Assembly (NCBI GenBank): GCA_905178155.1
Contig: CAJINV010000002.1
Location: 5,575,709 to 5,639,708 of the forward strand
Source: Amoebophrya sp. A120
Taxonomy: Eukaryota; Protista; Dinoflagellata
DNA length: 64,000 nt
Reading direction: 5' to 3'
Shown: positions 45,301 to 56,175 of the stretch, piece by piece
How positions within the stretch are numbered: position 1 is the first letter of the stretch
How the letters are laid out: each line of letters begins with the position of its first letter
Program-made: the position numbers and the translations under genes
The notes under the pieces: model-generated
The model's input: only the letters and a program-made list of their open reading frames with translations
What the model was told of the DNA's origin: nothing
The model's database searches: none

Positions 45301-48300
45301 GGGCGCTTGTAGACCTACATCGCCTCTCGTAGTACTACTGCTCACGACGGGTGTGCCGTAGTACTCCATTTTCTCGTACGGCAACACGCTCCCGAAAAGG
45401 TTCTCCCCCACCGCAGCCCGGTGCAGCGTCAACAACGCAGCCTCGGTGTCCCGCGCGACCTTGAGCCAGTTCACCACCCGCTGGTACAGGCGCTGCTGTT
45501 TCTTGGTCACTTGATTCTGCTGTCCTTCCTTTCCCGCAGAAGTACCTTCTTGTGCTGTAGTACTATGCATACCACCTTCTTCCCTTCGTGCACCTGGTAC
45601 TGCACCGAAGAACAGTAAAATATTTCGGTTTAGTAACACGTTTTCTTCCAGAAACGCGCCGACCCAGAACGCTACCTTCTGCTGCAGGTCGATCTTCTCT
45701 AATCCGCCGTAGCTGCCGCCGTTCTTCCGGGGCTTGATTCTGTTCCCCATCATTACCTCCGGCGGAATTTCGGTCCAAGGCACAACTGCTTGTTCACCGG
45801 CTCCTGTTGAAAACTGCAATAATCCGCCGCTTGTTCCTGCATCTCCAAAATTAGTAGAATGGGAATTTGGAGTAGCGAAGATTCTACTACTCCCCATGCT
45901 GGTCGTCTTATCGTACCCGGCGAGAAACCCGAAGTTTGCCACCGACGCCCGCTGAGAGGTGAAAAAAGTCTGCAGGATCTGTTCCGCTTTGTCCGGGTAG
46001 TTCTCGCTGTTCACCTTCTCTACCAACGGCATCGGAAGTCTCTGGCCGTTCTCAAACCGCAGCAATTCGAAACCGTTCAAGGTGGCAGGATCTCTGAACT
46101 TCGGGAGCTGCGGAGTTGGTATGTTCATCTCCACCTGCTGCTGCTGCTGCTGTACAGCAGGTTTATTACCGCCGTTAACCTGTTCGCTGGTCGTGTAATC
46201 TGCGTTCTCATTAAGCACATCGGTGTAGTAATCCAGAATTTTCCCCACCGGGTACACAGTTTTCCGCCGAAACGGAATCTGCACGACTTCCCCGGGGTCT
46301 TCAAAAAACCAATCGGGTGGGAACGACTGGAGCAGTTTCAAATTCTCCTCCGTCAGGACCAGATTTTTGTTATTCGGACTTGTACTACCATTATCCTGAT
46401 TAAAAACGTACCCACACCAGAGTCAAGATGGGGACTTTGCAACACAAACCTAGGAGTTTTGGGAGTCACGCATGACGAGCTTCAGTCCGTAAGGTAGTGC
46501 AAGTTAGCAAGGAAAGCCGCACCACAAATCGATCTGCTGATCCTGTTTACAGCATTACAAGTTCCCAAACACGATTGAAAATGCCTGTCATGGGGTTGCG
46601 CATCACAAATGTTCCTGTCATGGCAAATCTGCATGACAACTCTGGTGTGGGTACGTTTTTACTCAGGATAACCATCTCCCGTGGTTTTCTCCGAAAGCCG
46701 CTGCATACGACCGTCGTACGCGGGCGACTCGAAGTAGTACAGCAACTTTCCCCGCAGGTCGTACTGCTGCACCCGCGTGCTGATTTCCTGAATCTTTTCC
46801 CTCCCGTACTTTGGAATGGCACTTTGCCCTTTCGCACCCACCCGCGTTTTCACTGCGTGCCATGGTACAAATTCTCCCGTTTCTTCCTGCAACTCGTGGA
46901 TAAATTGCTGGGCGCTCTCACGACCTTCACCACTTGATGACGTTCCTAACATCTTCGGGTCAAAACTGTAGCACTCATGGAACGCAAAGACCCGCTTATT
47001 TGCAGCTGTCGACCGGGCGGGTCGTGGTGCATCATTAGATTCCGTGTCCGAGTCGATTCCTGCCGCCTCCTTAGATGTTTTGGCGGTAGTAGCTCGTCCC
47101 GCCACCACTCCAGAGCCTGTAGTTGGGAATGAGGTTTTTTCCGACGTCCGCGATGACCCTGAACTCCCGCCGCTGGTGAAACTAGTAGCTCTTCCGAAAA
47201 CGTCCTCCGTCAGCGCCAGCCCTTCCCGTTCCAAAACTCTGGTCTCGACCTCAAATACGTGCCACGCGGGCGTGAGATAGTCGTAGGGATTGAAAAACCG
47301 CGGGTTGCTGCAGTCGTACGCTGGCCCGTAGTATGCAAGAAAAAAACTGTGTAAGTGTAAATCTGTGATGCAGAACACGCAGCAGAGTTACGCCTGTCAT
47401 GCCAGACAGCCATGCAGTCTTCTTTTCATGTGTGTTTTCCCTTACAAACCACGCATGACAGGTTTTCTCTGTCTTGTAGAGCAAATTTGTGATGCTGTCA
47501 GCCAAAGATAGTTACACTAACACAGTTTTTTTCTTGGATACGTAGGGGGCGGGATTCGCCTTTCTTGTAGTTTCCTGCAGGAGCCCTGCTGTGCTCATGC
47601 CGGACGTTGTACTAGATCCTGCTGTAGTAGCGGAATTTTTTACTCTCGGCAGCTGAAAGTTTTTCAGCAGATTCAGCAGGTTGTCACGCTTATCAAATGT
47701 AAAAGTGTCTGGGTCTGGAAGAATGCAACTTGTGATGCTGCGTTTGGATTCCAGAAAAATCTGTATTGCATGAGTACCAAAAGGAATGTAATTTTTGCTA
47801 CGCGAAGAGGGCATTTGTCATGCGGAATAGGCATCAAGAAGCTCTCAAAAAATCTGTGATGCTAGGGCATGCATCACAGACATCAGGGCTCATGCAAAAC
47901 GTGCATGACAAGTGTCAGAATCTTCCAGACCCAGACATTTTTACATTTGATAACGCTGGTCCGTGATTTGCATCTTCACGTTCCGGGTCAGGGCGCTCTG
48001 CTTGGTTTTGTCCAAAATTTCCCCCTGCAAAAGCCTCCGCACGCCGTTAGGCACAATTCTCGCCTGCTCCAGTTCGAGAACGGGCACGATCATGTGATAT
48101 GCCTTGCAAAAGTATCGTACTCGTACTAATTGCAACTATGCATCACAAATCAGATTTGTCATGCTGTTTCCTCTGAAGGACAAGATTTGAAATCTTGTCC
48201 TTCAGAGGAAACAGCATGACAAAGTCCAGTTCTCATGCTGAGGACATTTGTAATGCATTTATACGACGAGTACGATATTGCTTTTGCAGAGAGTATGTGA

Positions 48301-51300
48301 AAAAAGTCCACCAGCAACTTCCAGTAGTAGTTCCGGCTGTATTCGTCCACGAACTGCGGCTTCTGGTAGGACTGAGGCGCATCAAATGCAAAAATGTCTG
48401 GGTCTGGAAGGATGCAACTTGTAATGCTACCTCCTTTGGACTCCACATAAAAGCTGTATTGCATGAACAGCAAAAGAGGCGTAAGCTGTGATACGCGGAG
48501 AGGGCATTTCTCATGCGGTATGAGCATCAGAAAGCCTTCGCAAAATCTCTGATGCTAGGGCATGCATCACAGACCTCATGGGTCATGCAAAATCTGCATG
48601 ACAAACTCCTGCATTCTTCCAGACCCAGACATTTTTGCAATCCATAAGGCGCAACCAGGTACAAATTTGGGTTCTCCAAATACGAAAAACTGCTGTCAAA
48701 CTCCGGTACCGTGTCCAGGTTGCTCACGGCTTGCGAAACGATCGCCTCTCCCCCCGCGCTCACCCCGGGAAGAAACGACCCGCTCAGGGGTTTCACGTAG
48801 GTGCTGTAATAGCACGGAAGGAGGACGAAGAGGTACAAACTTTCCACGAAACGCAGAAACCTCGTGGGAAAGGGGCTGTACGGACTGCGCTCTTTCAGCG
48901 GAGAATTTTCCGGATCCAGCAGCGGGTGTAGTAGCTTCGGGATCTGGGTGCTTGACGTCGGGGTTCCGAATCCCAGAGAAAAACGCTACTTGTTGTGATG
49001 CAAAAACAAATACACCACAAAAAAATCTGCCATGGTTGAGCGCAGAGGATGCCTGCTAATTGTTTTTTTCTGTGCATTTATTTTTGCATTACAAATGTGG
49101 TATTCTAGCTTTTTTCTCTGGGATATTCTGACCAGCAAACCGGAGGTGAAGGAGAGTTTCACTTGGTAAAAAGCGTCCCCTCTGTTGCTTCCTCCGTTTT
49201 TAGAAGTTTTCCCCCCTCGTCCCGCAACCAGAATCAAATGGTCCAGAAAATTGAAGCCCGCGGTTTTCAGCTCAAACTCTTCTTTCAAGAAAAACCGCGT
49301 CGCTAGGAAGTCCGCGCACTCCAAGATCTTCTTTGTCACGAGTTGCAGGTCCCCCAGGTGGGGGATGGTCGTGGGCAGCTGATCTAGAACACCGTCGAGC
49401 TGCTGGTGCAGGTTCCCCTCATTCGACGCCGTTTTGAAGTACTATCATGTGGAAATAAAACGTCCCCACCCAAGATGTCTCATTCGTACCTGCATGCCCC
49501 AAACTCTTTTTCATGCACAGCCCCAACTACATCATGCGGAGCATTTTGATTTTCCAACGCTGTCAGGAACTTTGTCACACTCCAGTGAGACAAATGTGGG
49601 CATCAATTTGTGACGCTCCCGCACCAGCTAACTACGACTACACTGTCATGCGCCACAGCTAAAACTACTCGTTGAGTTGTGGAGAAGCATGCCCATCTTG
49701 ACTCTCGCGCGTGGCCCCGTCTTCAAATACACGGGATAAGTACTCGGGCAGCTTCATCCACTCTTCCCCGTCGTGGTTCCATTCCTCTGCGACGATGAAG
49801 ATTTCTTCGCTACCCGAACTACTGCTGCTCTCACTTCCGGGAGCTGCAGTAGTCCCGGCGACATTTCTGCCGCTCTCGTCGAAGTTGTTCAGTGTCGGGC
49901 ATCAAAATGAAAAGCCCCCCCTTCCCATATCAAGATGGAAATCTGTGACGTGGGATTTTAATTGTTGTACTTGTGTTCTTGCATTAGAGGACTTCACGCA
50001 GATCAAAAGCCTAGGCCGGGATCTTTTAGTCTAGGTACCTAGCATGGCAGACGTCTGCCCTGTGGGCGGACGTCTACTAGCGTGGCAGCGATACAAATCG
50101 CCTGCACAACGAACGCGGCGAAATCTCTGAATTTGCGTTCCTTCGTGCAAGACATGGCCACAAATCTGCATGACGAATTTCCAGACGGATGCGCTTTCGC
50201 TCAATATGGGGACCACGAGGGAAAATTTTTCCTTGTAATATCGGGAACAAGAGCTTCTCGAACAGCTGCACGCCCTGCGCCAGACTTCCGGGGCGGATCC
50301 TCCCCGCGAAGTAGCACTTTTGGACAAACTCCGGGGTGGCATTGATGTTGACCGCGGCGAACTTGTCCTGGAGAAACCGACACGTATCCCTGAGGTAATC
50401 CTCGACTTCCGCCTCGACGAAGTGGAAGTCGTGGTTCCTGTCAACACCAGTTATACTGCCGGCGCTGGACGAAGATAACAGCACCCCTCCAGCTCGTCCT
50501 GCCTCTTCTAAACTTGGTGTAGTCCTTGTTCCACTGCTTCTCCCGCTTGCCCGCTTCATTTTGATGGCGCAAGGGAAGGAGGGCGAGGAGTCCTCTGAGC
50601 CGGTCGCAGATGTTGAGAAGCCCTGTGCAAAAGTTCCAGCTTTTCCTCCCGCTCCTGCCTGCCCTGCGACCGCTCGGGTGGAAATCTTCCCCGTACACTT
50701 GCCCTTGAATACCAGCCAATACAGCTGGCTCGCCACCTTCACGGCGTCGGGACTCTGGGATCGCAGGAGAACGCTGATCGGCTGCGTCCCGAGGAAATGC
50801 AGCTTGTTGCTTTCGGTCACAAGTTTCACGCCGATCGGTGCGGGTTTAGAATCGGCGGGTCGTGAAGGAGCACCAGCAGCTTCAGATAGTCCTGTGATTC
50901 CGCTGCGAGGCGGAAGATCCTGCGCGTCTACTTCCTCACCACCCGTGGAGCTGTACAAAATTCCATTACCAGGTGCAATCTGCAGACTTTTCGCTTGCTG
51001 GATGATCCTTTGCCGGCTAGGATTGGTGTGTAGGTTTTCGTCCCCGTCAGTAGAAGTAGAATCTTCACCGTTTTGATCGTAGATGCCCTTGCTAGTTCTT
51101 TTCCCAGGAGCATCTGCTGCCCCCTTGCGGGAAACGAAGCCACGATGAAGATGACCGTCATCATCACGACCCAAAGTTCTGGCTTGCGTGCTGGTGCTGG
51201 CGCTTAGATAGGGTAAGTTGGACGCCGCCGGTAGGGAGACTGGCAGTGGTGCCCCTGTTGCTGGAAAGTCGCTGGAGGTAGGCGGCACTGCGTCGGCTGT

Positions 51301-54258
51301 GTCTCTCGCTGTAGTTGTGCCTCCTCCTGCTGCTGCGGCGCTTGTTCCCGACGTTGTACCACTACTCCTACTACTTCCCATGTCTGGAACCACCTCCAGC
51401 ATGCTTGATGGCAGCGACTCTATGGATGTGTCAGAGTTGAAATCGACAAAGTTGAAATAATTTGTCATGCTAAACCGACCGAAACCACTACACAACCTGT
51501 ATAGGGAAAAATAGTACTACACCAACCCAGTTTCACAAAGGGAATAAATAGCACTACACAACCTGTAAGGGAAGGTAAACGCACTACACAAACCCAGTTT
51601 CCAAGTGGCGCATGACAAATTTCGGCGGTCCCTAAATCCAGTTTGTCATGCTGTTTAGGCAAAGACGAGCGATTCTCTCATGCTACTTTAGCAGCTCGAG
51701 CTTTAACCCCAAACAGGCTTACAATAGGCCTCACTTGCCTGCTCTGCAACACACGTACCGCGGGCCATGCATTTTATGCATTGCAAATTATTTCAACTTT
51801 GACGATTTCAAACCTGACGCTTCCATAGACTCGCCCCGGTTATCATTTGATCCGTCGACGATGAAAGAACCAAGAGCACTGCTCTCCTCAGCCTCGTTGT
51901 TGGTCTCCTCGGGGTTGATCCTTCCCTCCTCGTGAAATGCTCCCGGCAGGTCGTCCACGACCTGGTCGCTGTCCTGCATCTCTGCCACGCTCGAGGTGCT
52001 ATCCCCCTGTTCATCGACGTACAACGTGGAGTCTTTGTCCTCTTCGACGTCCTGAAGGTCATTTTCATTTTCTCTCGTCTGCAGAACCGAAGAGGATTCG
52101 CTGAGGAAACCGGGTTTGTTATCCTGAGTAAAAACGTACCCACACCATAGTCAAGATGGGAAATCGGCTAGACAAATCCACAAGTTTTGGCTGTTTTACA
52201 TGACAAATTTGGATTCGTAGTGTAGTGCTGTTTGAGCTAGCTCAGCAGCATCACATATCTAGCATACCATGCTGATTGGAGCATGACAAATTGCAAAAAA
52301 CCACTAGAAAATGCTTCTCATGAGGCTCCGCATGGGAAACATTTTCAGCATGCAGATTTGCATTACAACTCTGGTGTGGGTACGTTTTTACTCAGGATAT
52401 TTGTTTTCCCAGGACAACTCGTCGTCCGCCGGGAGTTCCTCGACCGTGTGGCGATGCAGCTCCTCCTATCAAAATGAAAAATAAATCCCCCCTCCCCATA
52501 TCAAAAGGGAAGTCTGTGGCGCTGTATTTGCGTAGTACACAAATCAGTCTTGTATTGCAGTAGGGCACTGCAGGCAGATACAAAGCCCGGAAAGGAGTGG
52601 CCTGAGGTAGGCACTTAGCATGGCAGACGTCTGCCCCATTGGCGCAGCAGCATTACAAATCGCCTGCGAAATGCGGCGGAAGCTCTGGCTTTGATCTTTT
52701 GCAAAACAGACTCGATTTGTGACCACAAATCAGCATCACAAATTTTGAAAAGCACGCCTTTTCGATACTATGGGGAGAACGGATTTTTCCTCACAATACC
52801 TCCTCGTCCGCGGTACTCCTCTGATGGAAATCAGAGTTGTCGTCCTCGTCTGCCACCTCGTCGCCCCCTTCTCGCGCCTCCAAATCCGGAATAATTTCGC
52901 CAAACTTCATATCCTGAGTAAAAACGTACCCACGCCAGAGTTGTAATGCAGACTCGCAAAGACAGGAAGACTTGTAATGCGCATCCCCATGAGAGCCATT
53001 TCCAATCGTGTTTTGGAATTTGTGATGCTGTGAACAGGATGAGCAGCTGGATTTGTGATGCGGCTGCACTTGCTAACCTGCACTACACTGCAGCGCTCAA
53101 CTTGTCATGCGTGACTCACAAAGCTCCTAGGTTTGTGTTGCAAAATCCTCATCCTAACTTTTTTTTTGTATGAGATCCACTATAAACCATAATCAAAGAG
53201 TAGTAGTGCAGATCCAGCTGTTCAGGGAGGATTAAGAATGGATTCTGCTCTGCTCCTCCTCCACCGCGGTTCATTGTGATCAGCATGCGTCTACGGGACT
53301 TGTACAACAACGCTACAGGGACATCTACAGGGCCATCTACAAATCCTCATCCTAACTCTGGTGTGGGTACGTTTTTACTCAGGATACTTCAGCTGTGGCT
53401 CGTCGGGGAATTCCAGTGCGCCGTAGATCGTGGGCCTATTACAATGAAAAATGCCCCCACCCCCGAACTTGGGAGCATTTGTATTGCAAACCTTTTCAAA
53501 TGAAACATTCGTTCTCTTGCATCTATCAGCATCACAGATTTCAAATCGTGAATTATAGCAAAAATCTGTATTGCAAAAGATCCCAGCAAGAGCGGCGCTT
53601 ATCATGCAAGCGATGCAACACACACCTAGACTCTGCATCAGAAAGGTTCATCTTCATACTCGTTTCATGCATGACAAAAAGTTTTCACTTGGAAACTTTG
53701 CATACACAAATTTTTGCAACTTTGGGGGTGGGGGCATTTTTCCGCGCGATAGGGCCCGTCGCGCGCGGGCGCGCTGACTTCGGGGACGTGCTTGCTCGTT
53801 TTCTGCTTTCGGGTTTCAAACACGGAGGAGGCCGGGACGGAGGTGTCGTCCGGAATAATGTGCAGGGGGTGGTGTCGTACTTCCGGCTCCTTTTCAAGAA
53901 CCACGACAGACGACAGCGCGCGACCCCCCTGTCGTGCCGCGACCGAGGTAGCATCTTGCGCAATATCCTCGGTGTTTCCAACATTTTTGCTAGTATCTGT
54001 TGACGGCAGGCTTTCTGACCTTGCGTGTTCATCGTCTACGGAAGTAGAAGACGCAGGCCCTGCACGACCTTCGGACAAACCTCCTTCGCCGGGCGGGATT
54101 TGCTGTTCCTTTCCGCTGCTGCTTATTCTGGCAGAGGTCAGTAGAACGTTCGAGAGGTAAAAATCATTTTTCCAGGTGCCGCCCAAGAACATGTGCACGA
54201 CCAACAGGAAGCAGCGGAAACAAAACCCATTGCTCCGCCTCGTAGAAGAAAACCTCAT
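36349..54258 (-). CDS. Very large (~3,950 aa) hypothetical protein, signal-like N-terminus and multi-pass TM region near C-terminus, split by 21 IEs
   Basis: Span 17,910 nt minus 21 IEs plus one DR each (6,054 nt by my count) = 11,856 nt, divisible by 3; joins checked e.g. IDNF|YVLF, LHR|IQVL, TGDG|STSP, TDQR|DNLL, LLVR|TPTS. Confidence 0.75.
38324..38577. mobile_element. IE family A (254 bp)
   Basis: DR GCAAG. Confidence 0.9.
38628..38838. mobile_element. IE family E (211 bp)
   Basis: DR TAAAC/TGAAC. Confidence 0.87.
39103..39365. mobile_element. IE family A (263 bp)
   Basis: DR GAACC. Confidence 0.92.
39550..39796. mobile_element. IE family A (247 bp)
   Basis: TIR TATGAATTGCAAATATG; DR GCTGG. 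Confidence 0.9.
40919..41227. mobile_element. IE family D (309 bp), reverse orientation to 15021-15329
   Basis: DR AAAGT; in-frame join. Confidence 0.92.
42312..42569. mobile_element. IE family J (258 bp)
   Basis: Perfect 18-bp TIR TATCAGAGTGCACAACTC; DR TTCCG/TTCTG; in-frame join. Confidence 0.88.
44036..44297. mobile_element. IE family A (262 bp)
   Basis: DR CTTCC/CTTCA. Confidence 0.9.
44354..44678. mobile_element. IE family B (325 bp)
   Basis: DR TCCCG. Confidence 0.92.
46392..46670. mobile_element. IE family C (279 bp), reverse orientation to 14508-14793
   Basis: DR ACCAT. Confidence 0.92.
47332..47540. mobile_element. IE family E (209 bp)
   Basis: DR CGTAG. Confidence 0.92.
47691..47952. 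mobile_element. IE family A (262 bp), reverse orientation to 1268-1530
   Basis: DR ACGCT. Confidence 0.92.
48098..48295. mobile_element. Fold-back IE (198 bp)
   Basis: TATGCCTTGCAAAAG...CTTTTGCAGAGAGTA; DR TGTGA; central perfect palindrome. Confidence 0.85.
48380..48646. mobile_element. IE family A (267 bp)
   Basis: DR AGGCG. Confidence 0.9.
48969..49125. mobile_element. IE family G (157 bp)
   Basis: Similar to 33105-33278; DR TTCCG/TTCTG. Confidence 0.85.
49443..49738. mobile_element. Degenerate IE family C (296 bp)
   Basis: DR AGTAC. Confidence 0.8.
49900..50240. mobile_element. IE family B (341 bp)
   Basis: DR TCGGG. Confidence 0.88.
51421..51827. mobile_element. IE family F (407 bp)
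   Basis: ~40-bp TIR TATGGA.G.GTCAG..TTGAAATCG.CAAAGTTGAAATAATTTG; DR GACTC. Confidence 0.92.
52120..52399. mobile_element. IE family C (280 bp)
   Basis: DR TTTGT. Confidence 0.92.
52467..52798. mobile_element. IE family B (332 bp)
   Basis: DR CCTCC. Confidence 0.9.
52910..53386. mobile_element. IE family C (477 bp) carrying a nested retroposed insert
   Basis: DR CTTCA; 477-181-17 = 279 bp, the family-C length. Confidence 0.9.
53160..53340 (-). mobile_element. Retroposed poly(A)-tailed insert (181 bp)
   Basis: Starts with a T-tract; flanked by 17-bp duplication AAATCCTCATCCTAACT (53143-53159, 53341-53357). Confidence 0.8.
53437..53751. mobile_element. IE family D (315 bp)
   Basis: DR GGGCC. 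Confidence 0.92.
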
Positions 54259-56175
54259 TTTCGTCACACGGCGCAACATTCAGCCCTGCTTCTTCAAGAA
54301 TCTTCGGTTGTACGTCGGATTTTCGGTCTTCATTTTGCTGTACTGAACATTCGACGACACACAACCCGTCGTGCTACTACTCGTTGTATATCTTTGGTCA
54401 ATAAATGCGGAAGTTCTAGATCAAAAAGGAAGACTACCTCGCGGCAATAACACGCACTCTTCGACACCAGATCACAGTCACTCTCCAGCACACAAATAAA
54501 ACGAGCACCTTTGCGGCAAACTAGCTCTCACGTCGACAAGCTCCGTCAGTCTTTGGAGTACTAACAGCGGTCATTACGCGTTGAGCATGCAGCTTTAAGG
54601 ACCTTGCTCGCGTCATCGCAGTTGCAAAAAAGGGCGGCACTAAAAAAGGCAGCGCGAAAAGACAGCGCAAAAGAGCAAACGCCGCCGTTTTCCAAATTTG
54701 GATACCACTACATATGGTTATGAGACTGAAAAAAACGAAGGAAACGCGATAAAAAGTCGAGGGGATATAGCTCTCAGCTTCTTTGCCTAGTTACGCTCGT
54801 CTCTCGCTGTGGCCTTGCTTCAGAAAAACGAATCGCTCCGCGAAAAGAATACGCAAAATCGTCGTGGCGTTAGAACAGCAAGACGAATCGCCGTGAAAAT
54901 AGACCAGGAAGACGATCTGTACAACTCTGAAATAATATCAACAATACTAGGAGGTGGATCCGGTAGTACGAAACGAAGTCCTTGCACTTCTTTCACGACC
55001 TTGCTTAGTTTCTGTTCTCAACAAGATAGAACAACGACGAAGATCAAAACAAACGGCGCACTTTTTGACGCACGTGTATTCTTTTGCGTTTTTCTAATAT
55101 GCGTTTCCCATATGTATTTTTTTGTGTTTTTCTCATATGTAATTTTTTTTCATATGTATTTTTTTTTTTGTGTTTTTGCAATTTGTGAAATATGTTAGCA
55201 AATTCCAACAGGTCCGACAAGATGTTCACACTGATCCTAAGCTTGCAATTTCGATAAAACTGCAACGCCCCTTTGACAGTTTCACTATCCTTCGTCTTTT
55301 CTCCGGATGATGAAGCTCTGAAGTCGTTTCTCTGATGAAGGCGCTGAAGCTACTTGATACCCGATAACTGAATTGATAAACTTTCATGGAACAATGTACA
55401 TTAAACTTTCGAAAAAAAGTATTGCTGCTGCTGTTGCTGTTTAAGAACCAAACTCGTACGAAGAAAAGAAAATTACTCAGTACAGATTCCCTAAAAAACC
55501 CGAACAAGAAAAACTTCAAAACCCATTAACAGATTGAACCGCATCGCCCCGCTCTGGTACCGCTGTGCCTGAAAGTGATGGATCATTTGGGTTGTTCGTA
55601 AGCAGGACAACTGCGTGAGTACACGACATAACAAATTACTTTCCACGAAGGCAAAAAACTAGCAGTCACAGCAATCACATCATAGCACTAGGTACGCTAC
55701 GAAAGATGGATCTTGTCAAGCAACGCTGCTAATAATGGGCGTTGTCAAGCACTGGGCACATGAAGGAGGCGCAAACTGTCTGCAGCACTCATATCCTTTG
55801 CTGATCAGTACTTAACGCCGTCACGTTTTCTCACTTTGAGGGAGCGAGTTCGACGAATTCGCGCACCGTGCGGCAACCGACCCCGGTAGTGCTAAGGGTC
55901 GGCCGCTCTTCTTAATACATCCCCTACGGTGCAAAGCACCTAATTGTACCGCGAGTGCTCAAGGAAAAATCCGAGAACTTGATTTGTCGCTAGCGCCTTT
56001 TTGGAACCACGCAGCATCATGCTTAGCGTCTCGCATGCCGCTCTCGCTCTACCCGTGGTCTTGCAGAAAAGCCATTAATCCAAAGCACGCTTTTGCTGCT
56101 GTGACTGCTAATCATGCGCAGAAACTGGGTATGTAAAGCAAGGTAGAAAAGTCACGGAGTACCAGTTCCAAAACA

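Noticed and set aside
1257-53777. Recurrent short ORFs such as MQKSVL...LPDPDIFTFD, FQTQTFLHLI, YYNEKCPHPRT and MQVSKESR as a repeated protein family or transposase
   Set aside because: They are read-throughs of non-coding IE repeats in arbitrary frames and strands, with stops and frameshifts between copies; no DDE or recombinase motif was seen
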